Below are positions 1-8,302 of a DNA stretch of 43,075 bases, piece after piece. A program made the position numbers and the translations under genes. Source of the DNA: a virus (lineage: Duplodnaviria > Caudoviricetes). Under the pieces are notes generated by a model. That model did no database searches, was not told the origin of the DNA, and worked only from the letters and a program-made list of their open reading frames with translations. The stretch spans positions 1 through 43,075 of the IMG/VR virus record IMGVR_UViG_3300033417_000020; one strand, given 5' to 3'. Positions within the stretch are counted from its first letter, which is position 1; every line of letters starts with the position of its first letter.

Positions 1-417
1 CCTGCAGCTGCAGCTGCAGAGGTAGTTGTAGTAGGTGTAGAGAGGGGGGTCCAGGGGGGGGAGGCTGTCCCCCGATCCCTCGACTACGCCCTCCGCTGCT
101 GCGCCGCCGTCAATGGGGTGCTCGACCGCCAGCTCGCCGGCGGCTATGCCCGGCTCTACCCGAACGTGGAGCGCCCGACTGCTGCGGCCTGGCAAGCTGC
201 CGGCATTCCGATCGAGTTCGCGGAGGCCACGCTCGCCGAGCTGGCGGGCCGGTTCCCGAACGGCCGCTCCAAACAGCCCAATTCGCTCGGCTATTTCACT
301 GCGGCGCTGCACGAAGCCTGGACAAGCGGTCCGGCGGCTACCGGCATGCCCGCCCTCTCACCTGGCGATCGCGCCCGGGCCCGCGCCGCCGAGCTTGAGC
401 GGGAGGCGGCGAAGTGA
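1..417 (+). CDS. Phage replication initiator, C-terminal part (5' truncated by window edge), allele A
   Basis: Frame is open from base 1 (PAAAAAEVVVVGVERGVQGGE..., a low-complexity linker typical of lambda O/DnaD-like initiators). Ends in a GTGA overlap with the loader-like gene, in the same position as 41464..42285. Confidence 0.6.
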   Translation, partial: PAAAAAEVVVVGVERGVQGGEAVPRSLDYALRCCAAVNGVLDRQLAGGYARLYPNVERPTAAAWQAAGIPIEFAEATLAELAGRFPNGRSKQPNSLGYFTAALHEAWTSGPAATGMPALSPGDRARARAAELEREAAK

Positions 418-980
418 GAGGCACCGCGATCGCCCCCGTCCTCGTCCTCCGCGAGCTCGGCCGGCTGCTCGACGTGTACTCGCGTCCGAAGCACTGGCCG
501 CCGAGCGACGACGAAGTCGCCCGCCTGTGGGCCGAGCTCCTGGGTGACGTGTCGAGCGAGCAGCTCGCCCAGGCGGTCACGACCTACCTGCGCGACGATC
601 ACCAGTTCATGCCGCGCCCCGGGACGCTGCGGGTCCTCGCGTTAAAGCAACGCGGCGGCGGGATGGTGGACACCGAGACTTTGGAGGCGCGCTACTGGGC
701 ATGGGAGCAGCACGGCTACGCGGACGCTGTCGCCGGATCTGGCTTCAGCCCGTGCCCGGTTTGCCATGCCGTCGTCGAACCCGGGACGCATGGCCGGGTG
801 GAGGTACGGCACGATCACGACCGCCACTTCGCAGCAGGTGTGTCCTACGTCGGTCCGCGCACCGGACCCGTCCGGTATCCGCCTGGCGGCATCCCGTACA
901 TGGTGCCTAGTGGCGGGACGACCAGCACGACCGTCGCGCACGCCGAGCGGGAACCGGGAGAGGAGCCCGTCACCCCATGA
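414..980 (+). CDS. Helicase loader/inhibitor-like protein (G39P-like), allele A
   Basis: Motif WAELLGDVSSEQLAQAVTTYLRDDHQFMPRPGTLR. Follows the initiator and is a homologue of 42282..42911. Confidence 0.55.
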   Translation: MRGTAIAPVLVLRELGRLLDVYSRPKHWPPSDDEVARLWAELLGDVSSEQLAQAVTTYLRDDHQFMPRPGTLRVLALKQRGGGMVDTETLEARYWAWEQHGYADAVAGSGFSPCPVCHAVVEPGTHGRVEVRHDHDRHFAAGVSYVGPRTGPVRYPPGGIPYMVPSGGTTSTTVAHAEREPGEEPVTP

Positions 981-1144
981 GCGTTATGTCCGCGCGCCGC
1001 AGCCGGCGACCGCAGTACACGGAAGCCGACGTGGCGGAGCTCCGCCGGCTGGCGCGCTGGTACGAGGCGATCGCGGACGACTACGGCGCGGCGACCGGGA
1101 CGACCAGCGATCGGGCGAAGCTGGCGGAGCTGTGCCAGCACGCG
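977..1144 (+). repeat. Direct repeat copy 1 (copy 2 at 42908-43075)
   Basis: 168 bp with 5 mismatches (985, 1001, 1009, 1024, 1036), then 108 identical bp. Offset 41931. Confidence 0.95.
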
Positions 1145-1198
1145 CGCGCGGCCCGCCGGTGGGCCGCCCAGCTGCGTGCCAAGGTAGCGGACCGATGA
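977..1198 (+). CDS. Hypothetical protein
   Basis: ATGA-coupled at both ends. The second copy at 42908 differs mostly at synonymous sites, which supports coding. Confidence 0.7.
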   Translation: MSVMSARRSRRPQYTEADVAELRRLARWYEAIADDYGAATGTTSDRAKLAELCQHARAARRWAAQLRAKVADR

Positions 1199-1557
1199 AG
1201 ACGCTCACGTTGGTCTTCCCGATGCCGCTGAACCTGGCGAACGCGCGGATGCACTGGCGTCAGAAGACGCGCTCGCACGATGCCTGGAAGATGCGCGCGC
1301 TGGTGGGGGAGCGTGGGCTCCGCGTGCGGCCGAAGCGCCCGATGGAGCGCGTCCGTGTCACTGCCATTCTGTACCTCGGCCGCGGCGTGATGGACCACGA
1401 CAATGCGGTGGCGCGCCTCAAGTGGTGCCTCGATTTCCTGAAGGAGCGCGGGCTCATTGTGGACGACGCGCCTAAGCACCTGACCCTGACGGGCATCCCC
1501 GAGCAGCGCCAGGGCACGCCGAAACGCGTCGTGCTGACGCTCGAAGAGGTCGCATGA
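1195..1557 (+). CDS. RusA-like Holliday junction resolvase
   Basis: MKTLTLVFPMPLNLAN...DHDNAVARLKWCLDFLKERGLIVDD matches the RusA DxDN..K...D..L...G.I.DD pattern. ATG at 1195 overlaps the upstream TGA. Confidence 0.7.
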   Translation: MKTLTLVFPMPLNLANARMHWRQKTRSHDAWKMRALVGERGLRVRPKRPMERVRVTAILYLGRGVMDHDNAVARLKWCLDFLKERGLIVDDAPKHLTLTGIPEQRQGTPKRVVLTLEEVA

Positions 1558-2009
1558 TCTTCCCCGTGCCGAAACCGCAGCGCCAGCCGAAGCGCCCGCC
1601 GAAGCCAAGGAGCCGGAGCGTGCGGTCCAAGACATCAGGGGGGCACCTGTTCCCGAAGCACGTCAGCCTCTCGCGCCGCGCGTTCATCCGCAAGCAACGC
1701 TGCGTCGCCACGGGGGCGCGGACGGGCGACTGGGTGACGGCCCAGCCGTGGATGTCGCCGAGCCTCACGGCGCTGTGTCCCTATAAGGCCCGCGTCGTCG
1801 CGGCGCACGTCGATGCGCGCGGCCCCGGCCATCCCGACGCGGCGAACATGGTGCCGCTCGAGTGGATGCTCCACGAGTGGCAGGGGCAGATTGGGTGGGG
1901 CGCGTTCCGCAAGCGGCTGGCGCTGATGCCGCCGAAGGAGCTCGCGCAACACTTCGAGGGGCGCTACCAAGCGGCGAACGCAACCTATCAGCGGGAGGTC
2001 GGCGGGTGA
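1554..2009 (+). CDS. Nin-region HNH-like (DUF968-like) protein
   Basis: FIRKQRCVATG...AAHV...ANMVPL...LHEWQGQIGWGAF pattern, located after RusA. Confidence 0.45.
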   Translation: MIFPVPKPQRQPKRPPKPRSRSVRSKTSGGHLFPKHVSLSRRAFIRKQRCVATGARTGDWVTAQPWMSPSLTALCPYKARVVAAHVDARGPGHPDAANMVPLEWMLHEWQGQIGWGAFRKRLALMPPKELAQHFEGRYQAANATYQREVGG

Positions 2010-2034
2010 GGCCCGGTCGTCAGGACGCCCCCCA

Positions 2035-2349
2035 ATGAGCGTGCGATCAGCAGCCGTCGAAGCCGCCGCCAAGGTACGGTGGGTGCGCTCTGAGGAGAAG
2101 TACGCCACGACGGCATGGGAAGATGCGCCCGCGTTTGTACGGAAGGCGTATCTCGAAACGGCGCTCCTCCAGCTCCGCGCTGCGCAGGAAGCCGTCGCAC
2201 CGGGATGGGAAGAACTGCGCCGCGTCGTGGAAGCCTACGTCACGAACGCCAAGGCACCGGGCGCGACGGATTCGCCCCGAGAGATTGTGCTGGCCGCGAT
2301 TGATCGCGTGCGAGCGGTAGGCGTGGGCAACGTGGGAGGTTTGTCGTGA
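2035..2349 (+). CDS. Hypothetical protein
   Basis: ORF in a chain of coupled genes, ending with an SD (GGAGG) and GTGA overlap. Confidence 0.6.
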   Translation: MSVRSAAVEAAAKVRWVRSEEKYATTAWEDAPAFVRKAYLETALLQLRAAQEAVAPGWEELRRVVEAYVTNAKAPGATDSPREIVLAAIDRVRAVGVGNVGGLS

Positions 2350-2388
2350 CTGACTCTGGGTCCCTCGCCCCCCAACCGGAGACCGCGC

Positions 2389-2592
2389 GTGGATGAGCCG
2401 CAAGTCGTCCACGGCGTGCGCTGCCCGAAGTGCAATGCCCGTGTTGGGAAGGGGTGTTGGTGGTTCTACGGCTACGACCTGGCGGCGTCGCACCCGGAGC
2501 GGTGGGACCAGTACAACCTGTACAACGCGGAGCGCGAGAAGTTGAGGCAATGGAACGCCGGCGCGAAACCTGAAGGCGAGGCATCACAGTGA
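2389..2592 (+). CDS. Small Cys/His zinc-finger-like protein
   Basis: CPKCNARVGKGC...SHPER motif. Confidence 0.55.
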   Translation: MDEPQVVHGVRCPKCNARVGKGCWWFYGYDLAASHPERWDQYNLYNAEREKLRQWNAGAKPEGEASQ

Positions 2593-2798
2593 ACACCGGC
2601 GACGGGTTCTGCGTCGAGTGTGGGGACACTTTCCGCGAGGACGACACGGGCGGCTACAACCCGGAGTGCCGTTGCGGCAAGGAGCATTGCGTGAGCCTCT
2701 GTCGCTCGTGTTGCGACGCCATCGAATCGAGCTACGCCGACGAGGATGAGTACGAGCGCCCCGAGGAATCCTATCCCGACGCGGAGCCTGGGGCGTGA
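2589..2798 (+). CDS. Small Cys-rich acidic protein
   Basis: CVECG, CRCG and CRSCC motifs with an acidic tail. GTGA-coupled. Confidence 0.6.
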   Translation: MNTGDGFCVECGDTFREDDTGGYNPECRCGKEHCVSLCRSCCDAIESSYADEDEYERPEESYPDAEPGA

Positions 2799-3040
2799 CG
2801 GCCCTCTCCGCGCACGTCGCGGCCCCCCAACCGGAGACGCGCTGCCCGTCGGTGCATTACTGGTCGGGGATGCATTGCCAGCACAACGCGGGGCACGCGG
2901 GCTGCTGCGTGGCGGACGTGTGGGTCGATAAACCGTGGATCAGCAACGGCCAGCGCCACGTATTCCTCTGGTGGGCCGCCGAGCCTCGGTGCAATCAGCG
3001 TGACGCGAACGCCACCGATTACGTGGAGGCAATTTCGTGA
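2795..3040 (+). CDS. Hypothetical protein with shared MTxLSAHVAAP leader
   Basis: GTGA-coupled. The 5' 29 bp are nearly identical to the start of 3037. Confidence 0.6.
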   Translation: MTALSAHVAAPQPETRCPSVHYWSGMHCQHNAGHAGCCVADVWVDKPWISNGQRHVFLWWAAEPRCNQRDANATDYVEAIS

Positions 3041-3309
3041 CGGACCTCTCCGCGCACGTCGCGGCGCCCCGATTGGATCGCGCAGCACGCGGAGCCACCG
3101 CTAGGTATCGCGCCGCGAGGGAAGTCCTTGATGCGGCACGCAAGACCGCGCTCACCCCAGGCCGGGAGGTGTCGTGGGAGCACGGCGATCATGTTCGCTG
3201 GGGACGTGTCACGGATTACGCCTTCGGGCGCGTCAAGGTTCTGCGCGAGACTACGGGGCTGGAATATTGGGTTGATTGTTGGCGGATTCGTGAGATCAAC
3301 TCCCGATGA
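3037..3309 (+). CDS. Hypothetical protein with shared MTDLSAHVAAP leader
   Basis: GTGA-coupled with an upstream SD (GGAGG). Confidence 0.6.
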   Translation: MTDLSAHVAAPRLDRAARGATARYRAAREVLDAARKTALTPGREVSWEHGDHVRWGRVTDYAFGRVKVLRETTGLEYWVDCWRIREINSR

Positions 3310-3599
3310 CTGACCTCGCTGCTTCCGTCGCGGCGCTGCTCCACGACGCAGCCGAACGTGAGCCGCACGCAGAGAACTGCACGGCGCATCCGCGTTATGC
3401 GAGTGCCGCATTTGAAGCGTGTACCTGCGACCGTGGGGCGCGGCTCGAAGCGCGCACCGCTCGGGCGATTGTCGCAGCCATCGAGGCGGCAGGACGCCAC
3501 GGGCACGGCAGCCTATTCGCATCGTCCACGGTACGCGATGCTTGCGAAGGCGATGCGCTGGCGGCGTTGGCGCGTGGGCTCACCGAGGGGGCGGCGTGA
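3306..3599 (+). CDS. Hypothetical protein (MTDLAASVAA leader)
   Basis: ATGA-coupled. Contains an HAENC...CTC motif and ends EGAA. Confidence 0.6.
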   Translation: MTDLAASVAALLHDAAEREPHAENCTAHPRYASAAFEACTCDRGARLEARTARAIVAAIEAAGRHGHGSLFASSTVRDACEGDALAALARGLTEGAA

Positions 3600-3817
3600 G
3601 TGAGCGCGCCGGATGGACGCGGCATGAAACGGTGTGGGGTCAGCGGTGGTGGAAGCATACGAGTGGCGGCCTCGTGACTCGTCGGAGCGGTGACTGGAGA
3701 TATGTCGCATGTGACCGCCAGGTGCGCGTGCGCTCCCGTCTCGGGACAGCGCAGTACGAGCTTGGCTATCGGTGGACGTTGCGCGGCGCGATGCGATTGG
3801 TTGAGGGCGCGGCGTGA
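3596..3817 (+). CDS. Hypothetical protein
   Basis: GTG at 3596 overlaps the upstream TGA (MSERAGWTRH...). Ends EGAA. Confidence 0.55.
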   Translation: MSERAGWTRHETVWGQRWWKHTSGGLVTRRSGDWRYVACDRQVRVRSRLGTAQYELGYRWTLRGAMRLVEGAA

Positions 3818-4122
3818 GCGACCACGAGACCACGCTCGAGCGCGGCGTCCCCGCCGGCGCCGGCCTCAACCCCGGGCAGCTCGGCATCCTGCTGACCAGT
3901 CCGTACAGCGAGGACCTGGTCGAGACGCTGAAGACCCTGCCCCGGGGCGACCGCTGGTGGGACGAGCAGCGCGAGGGCTGGTGGGTCGCCGCCGCGCACG
4001 AGGCGTTCGTGATCGAGGCCGCGATCGCCGCGCTCGGCGGCGTGAAGGTCCTCGGGCTCGAGGGCGAGTCGGATTACTACGTCGATCGGCACGGGCGGTC
4101 GGTGCAAGAAAGGTTGCTCTAG
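3814..4122 (+). CDS. Hypothetical protein (HARP-like PY...K...R.W...W.V motif)
   Basis: SPYSEDLVETLKTLPRGDRWWDEQREGWWV with strong high-GC codon bias. Confidence 0.6.
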   Translation: MSDHETTLERGVPAGAGLNPGQLGILLTSPYSEDLVETLKTLPRGDRWWDEQREGWWVAAAHEAFVIEAAIAALGGVKVLGLEGESDYYVDRHGRSVQERLL

Positions 4123-4192
4123 TGATGGTCGCCAGCGTCTTTGACCAGAAGTTTCCCCTCTGGGCGGGGGCATTAGATTGACGGGTAGACAT

Positions 4193-4462
4193 ATGCCGCT
4201 GCGCCCCCGGGGGCCGCGCCCAGCCAGTTGGGTGATGGCCCCTCTTGTCGTTCGGCCCTTTGTGCAGCTCTACTGCCCGCACCCCCGGGACGGGGGCACG
4301 TGCGGCCACGGGCTGCTGGGGCGCGTGCGCTTCCCCCCCACCATTCACGCCTACCCGGTGGCGATGCGGACGGAGACGGACGAGACGGGCCGCGGCTTCG
4401 TGAAGCCCTGCCCTAGATGCGGCGGGCTGGTGGAGATCGTCCTGCAGCGGAGGACCGCGTGA
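4193..4462 (+). CDS. Zinc-ribbon protein resembling the Mu Com family
   Basis: LYCP...CGHGLLGRV...VKPCPRCGGLVEI. First gene after an AT-richer gap containing TAGATT (4174-4179). Confidence 0.4.
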   Translation: MPLRPRGPRPASWVMAPLVVRPFVQLYCPHPRDGGTCGHGLLGRVRFPPTIHAYPVAMRTETDETGRGFVKPCPRCGGLVEIVLQRRTA

Positions 4463-5160
4463 TCCGCGTCGATACCTCCGAGGCCGAAACGTTCCTCGAT
4501 GCGCTCTACCGCGACCAGGTCCCGTTCGCGGCCAGCCTGGCGCTGAACCAGACCGCGAAGGACGTGCGGGCGGCCGAGCAGCAGGAGATCGCGGCCAACT
4601 TCGTCCTCCGGCAGGCGGACTTCAACCTGCGCCACGTCCGCATCCCCAAGTTCTCGAATAAGGCCGACGACCCCATGAGCGTGACGGTCGAGATCGGCGA
4701 GCGCGGCAAGTACCTGCAGAAGTTTCAAGCCCCTGGGGTCAAGACGGCGCTCGATCCAGCGATGCCGATCGCCATCCCCTCCACCAACATCCGCCCGGGG
4801 TTCAGTGATCTCGCGCCGCGCGCGCTCTACCCGAAGAACCTCCGCCTCGTCCCCCGCAAGGGCGTGACGGGCATCCTCCCGGCCAAGCGTCACGTCACGG
4901 CTCGGGGGGTGCTGCAGCTGAAGGGGAAGCAGCGGACGTTCGTGCTGGATCCGAAGGAGCACTTTGGCGTGAAGACCTGGGGCGTGTACCAGCGCACTGG
5001 TCCCGGGAAGCAGGACGTGCGGTTGCTGTGGACGTTCAAGAGTAGGATCCCCATTCCGAAGCGACTGGACTTCTTGGCCGTGGGCGAGCGCGTCGTGAAC
5101 GAGCGGTGGCAGGAGAATTTCACCGCCGCCTTTGCGCGGGCGATCCGGTCGGCGCGGTGA
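4459..5160 (+). CDS. Phage morphogenesis/neck (gpZ-like) protein
   Basis: RDQVPFAASLALNQTAKDVR N-terminus and F..A..RAI C-terminus, typical of the gene found upstream of lambda-type terminases. Confidence 0.5.
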   Translation: MIRVDTSEAETFLDALYRDQVPFAASLALNQTAKDVRAAEQQEIAANFVLRQADFNLRHVRIPKFSNKADDPMSVTVEIGERGKYLQKFQAPGVKTALDPAMPIAIPSTNIRPGFSDLAPRALYPKNLRLVPRKGVTGILPAKRHVTARGVLQLKGKQRTFVLDPKEHFGVKTWGVYQRTGPGKQDVRLLWTFKSRIPIPKRLDFLAVGERVVNERWQENFTAAFARAIRSAR

Positions 5161-6515
5161 TGCAGCCGATTCGTGGGGTGGGCCTCGCGCAGCGGTGGGC
5201 CGCGCAAGCGGATACGCTGCACCGGGAGGGCAAGCTGCCCGAGGCGTTGACGCTCTACCGACGGGTACTGAAGCTGAAGCCGCCTCGAGACATCGCCACC
5301 CTGATGCAGTATCGCATCGCCGTGATCTCGTGGCAGATCCAGGAGCACGAAGGCGCGCTGCGCATCTTGGCTCCGCTCGTGGCGCAGAACCCCACGTTCG
5401 TGGAAGCGCACCACCTCCTCGGCGTGATTCACGAGACGCGTGGCGAGTACACCCAAGCCGTCGCCGCCTATGAGACGGCGCTGAAGCTCAACCCGCAGCT
5501 CGGTGACGTTTGGGAGGGACTCGGGAAGTGCGTGCATGCGTTCGGCGATTCGGAGCTGGCGATCCACTGCCTCGAGAAGGCGATCGCGCTCGCGCCGGCG
5601 AGCGGGCCCGTCACGGCCGAGCGTCGCTACAATCTCAGCTACCCCCTGATGGCACTCGGTCGCTGGCAGGAGGGCTGGGCTGCCTACGAGGCGCGCTTCG
5701 ACTCGCCCGTGTTCATGGGCACCTACGTGATGCGGCACCATGAACCCGCTTGGGATGGCTCGCCGCTGAACGGGCGCCGGCTGATCGTGCACGCCGAGCA
5801 GGGCTTCGGGGATTCGCTGATGATGGCGCGCTACCTGCCGCTGATTGAGGGGGACGTGCACATCGAGGTGCAACGGCCGCTCGTGCGACTATTTGAGCAG
5901 AGCTTTCCGTTCCGTGCGGTGACCGCTCAAGGTGAGCCCTACCCGCCGTGCGATGGTCAGGTGGCGATGATGAGCCTCCCCCATCGCTTCGGGATGACCG
6001 CCGATAACGTGCCAAGCACCCCATGGCTTCATACTTCATGGTCGCTGCCAGGACCAGACCTCCCGGCCGGTGATGGGCTGAAGGTGGGGTTCGTCTGGGC
6101 CGGCTCGCCGGATCATCGGAGCGACAGGCGCCGCTCGATCGGGCTCGCGCACTGGACACCGCTCTGGAGTATCCCCGGCGTGACCTGGTACTCGCTCCAG
6201 GTGGATCAGGAGCCCGTGAGCGTGCCCTGCCACAACCTGAAGCCGCTCATCAAGGATTTCGCCGACACGGCGGCGCTGATCAGCCAGCTCGACCTCGTGA
6301 TCTCGTGCGACACGAGCGTCGCGCACCTCGCCGGCGCGCTGGGGAAGCCCCTCTGGCTCCTCCTGCCCACGATCCCCGATTACCGCTGGGGGGTCGTAGG
6401 CGAAACGACGCCGTGGTACAAGACGGCGCGCCTCGTGCGACAACCAGCGCAGGGGGACTGGGGCAGCGTGATGCGTGAAGTGAAAGCAGCTCTGGAAGCA
6501 CTCACCGATGACTAA
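5160..6515 (+). CDS. TPR-repeat glycosyltransferase (GT9/heptosyltransferase-like C-terminal domain)
   Basis: N-terminal TPRs (AHHLLGVIHETRGEYTQAVAAYETALKLNP), followed by HAEQGFGDSLMMARY, KVGFVWAGSP and DFADTAALISQLDLVISCDTSVAHLAGALGKP. Confidence 0.85.
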   Translation: MQPIRGVGLAQRWAAQADTLHREGKLPEALTLYRRVLKLKPPRDIATLMQYRIAVISWQIQEHEGALRILAPLVAQNPTFVEAHHLLGVIHETRGEYTQAVAAYETALKLNPQLGDVWEGLGKCVHAFGDSELAIHCLEKAIALAPASGPVTAERRYNLSYPLMALGRWQEGWAAYEARFDSPVFMGTYVMRHHEPAWDGSPLNGRRLIVHAEQGFGDSLMMARYLPLIEGDVHIEVQRPLVRLFEQSFPFRAVTAQGEPYPPCDGQVAMMSLPHRFGMTADNVPSTPWLHTSWSLPGPDLPAGDGLKVGFVWAGSPDHRSDRRRSIGLAHWTPLWSIPGVTWYSLQVDQEPVSVPCHNLKPLIKDFADTAALISQLDLVISCDTSVAHLAGALGKPLWLLLPTIPDYRWGVVGETTPWYKTARLVRQPAQGDWGSVMREVKAALEALTDD

Positions 6516-7020
6516 CCACTCGTTTCGGCCCGTCCCTACCATGGTCGCTTCAGACAGTGACTGTGCGTATGCCGCCGGTCTTTTCGATGCTCGTGGGGCC
6601 ATCCAAGCGCGGTCGCATCCCACCCGTCGCGGCGGCGTAATGCTGCACGTTGTTATATGGGACGAAGAGGCGGCGCTGTTGGTGGCCTGGCTCAATGACC
6701 GTTGGCCGATGCAGACCAGGAAGCCGAAAATTATAGCTCCTGGGCCTAGTGGTTTTCTTCCTGGGGCATTTCACATGAGGCCACGGGCTAGGTGGATACT
6801 TTCTCACACTACTGATATTTCCCGTTTTGCAAAGGCAATCTTGCCTTATACCCGCAGGCGGCGCCAGCAACTATTGCTCACACTTGAGTTGTCTGAGCGC
6901 GTGGTCCTGACAAATCATTCCACGACCAAGCTCGACGACATCGAGCTGGATCGACGCGTGGCGTTGGCAGAACGGATACGTGACTCAGGCCCGCGCGCCT
7001 TCAAGGTTCCCACGCGCTGA
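6508..7020 (+). CDS. LAGLIDADG homing-endonuclease-like protein (single, degenerate motif)
   Basis: AYAAGLFDARGAI motif plus W......I..F...ILPY...RRQQ. Lower GC than its neighbours. Confidence 0.6.
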   Translation: MTNHSFRPVPTMVASDSDCAYAAGLFDARGAIQARSHPTRRGGVMLHVVIWDEEAALLVAWLNDRWPMQTRKPKIIAPGPSGFLPGAFHMRPRARWILSHTTDISRFAKAILPYTRRRRQQLLLTLELSERVVLTNHSTTKLDDIELDRRVALAERIRDSGPRAFKVPTR

Positions 7021-7514
7021 TGGATCGTGCCGACGGAAAGCTCATAGCCTGCCAGCATTGCGGGGAGGACTTCACTCGCAAGCCCATGGGCTGCGCTCCG
7101 AAGTTCTGCTCGAAGCGTTGCTACGAGCGGGACAGGTACAAGCGGAAGTCCACTCAGATTCAAGCGCGCATGAAGCTCTGGCGGGACACACATCCAGAGC
7201 GCGCTCGTGCGCACGCCCGGAAGGCGCTGCGAAACCGCGACCTCAAGGTGTACGGGCTAACCGTTCAATCATTCAACGAGATGTTGGCCGCACAGGATGG
7301 CCGGTGCCTCATCTGCGGCGAGGTGCCGAAGCGGACGCCCCATGTCGACCACTGCCACGAAACTGGGCTTGTGCGCGGGCTGCTCTGCTCGAAGTGCAAC
7401 ACTGCGCTAGGGCTCCTGGACGAAGACCCCGCACGATGCCAGAGGGCCGCGCTGTACCTAGAGAACTTCGTAGCGCGGATGCGCAGGGAAGCCATGCGGC
7501 AGGAGGGGGCGTAA
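7020..7514 (+). CDS. Recombination endonuclease VII family protein
   Basis: YGLT...MLAAQDGRCLICG...HVDHCHETGLVRGLLCSKCNTALGLL. Confidence 0.85.
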   Translation: MDRADGKLIACQHCGEDFTRKPMGCAPKFCSKRCYERDRYKRKSTQIQARMKLWRDTHPERARAHARKALRNRDLKVYGLTVQSFNEMLAAQDGRCLICGEVPKRTPHVDHCHETGLVRGLLCSKCNTALGLLDEDPARCQRAALYLENFVARMRREAMRQEGA

Positions 7515-8302
7515 TGGATCGCGCTGACGCCTCCCTGATTGGTGTGTCGGATTGTCGCTACGGCCGAATGATGTATTTGCGCCAAGACCGCTACATGGGA
7601 CGCGCGCTGCAGAAGTTCGGCGAGTACTCGGAGAGCGAGGTCGACCTATGGCGGCAGCTCATCCGGCCCGACTGGGTCGTGGTGGATGCGGGGGCGAACA
7701 TCGGCGCGCACACGGTGGCCCTGGCCCGGCTGGCCGGCCACGTCATCGCCTTCGAGCCGTTCAAGTTCATGTATCACATTCTCTGCGGGAACCTCGCCCT
7801 CAACGGCCTAACGAACGTGACAGCGTTCAACTACGCCCTGGGGGCAGGGCATCGCACCATCAAGGTACCCTTCCTGGACTACACCATCGACGGCAACTAC
7901 GGGGGCCTGGCCCTCGGAGGGTTCGAGCAGGGGGCCACCGTGCCCGTGGTGCCCTTGGATGACGTGTGCCCCGTGGTGCAGCTCATCAAGGCGGACGTCG
8001 AAGGGATGGAGGGGGACGTCCTCAAGGGGGCCGAGCGTCTCATCCGGGAGTGCCGGCCCATCCTCTACGTGGAGAACAACCCGGGGCCAGGGATGCCCGC
8101 CCTCATCGACCAGATCCATGGCTACGACTACGAGCTGTACTGGCACTACGCCCCACACTTCAACCCCGAGAACTACAAGCAGTGCAGCGTGGAGGACGAG
8201 CCTGGCGTGGTGAGCTTCAACATGCTAGGACTACCCCGAGGACATCGCATCAACCTACATGGACTGACGATGATCCCCGAGGGAGAGGCTGTGCATGGCT
8301 AA
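7514..8302 (+). CDS. FkbM family methyltransferase
   Basis: VVDAGANIGAHT, AFEP, IKADVEGMEGDVLKGAERLIRECRPILYVEN. SD AGGAGG and TAATG overlap at 7514. Confidence 0.88.
   Translation: MDRADASLIGVSDCRYGRMMYLRQDRYMGRALQKFGEYSESEVDLWRQLIRPDWVVVDAGANIGAHTVALARLAGHVIAFEPFKFMYHILCGNLALNGLTNVTAFNYALGAGHRTIKVPFLDYTIDGNYGGLALGGFEQGATVPVVPLDDVCPVVQLIKADVEGMEGDVLKGAERLIRECRPILYVENNPGPGMPALIDQIHGYDYELYWHYAPHFNPENYKQCSVEDEPGVVSFNMLGLPRGHRINLHGLTMIPEGEAVHG

Noticed and set aside
2346-3340. CRISPR array or integron attC array
   Set aside because: The repeats are few, degenerate, coding and separated by 240-450 bp ORFs. There are no cas or intI genes and no attC-type palindromes.
6508-7514. Group I intron or intein hosting the endonucleases
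   Set aside because: The flanking genes are complete, and the ORFs abut by start/stop overlaps, leaving no room for intron core structure.
6980-8302. 440-aa methyltransferase with long N-terminal extension
   Set aside because: The extension overlaps the Endo VII gene in another frame. The SD and TAATG overlap indicate a start at 7514.
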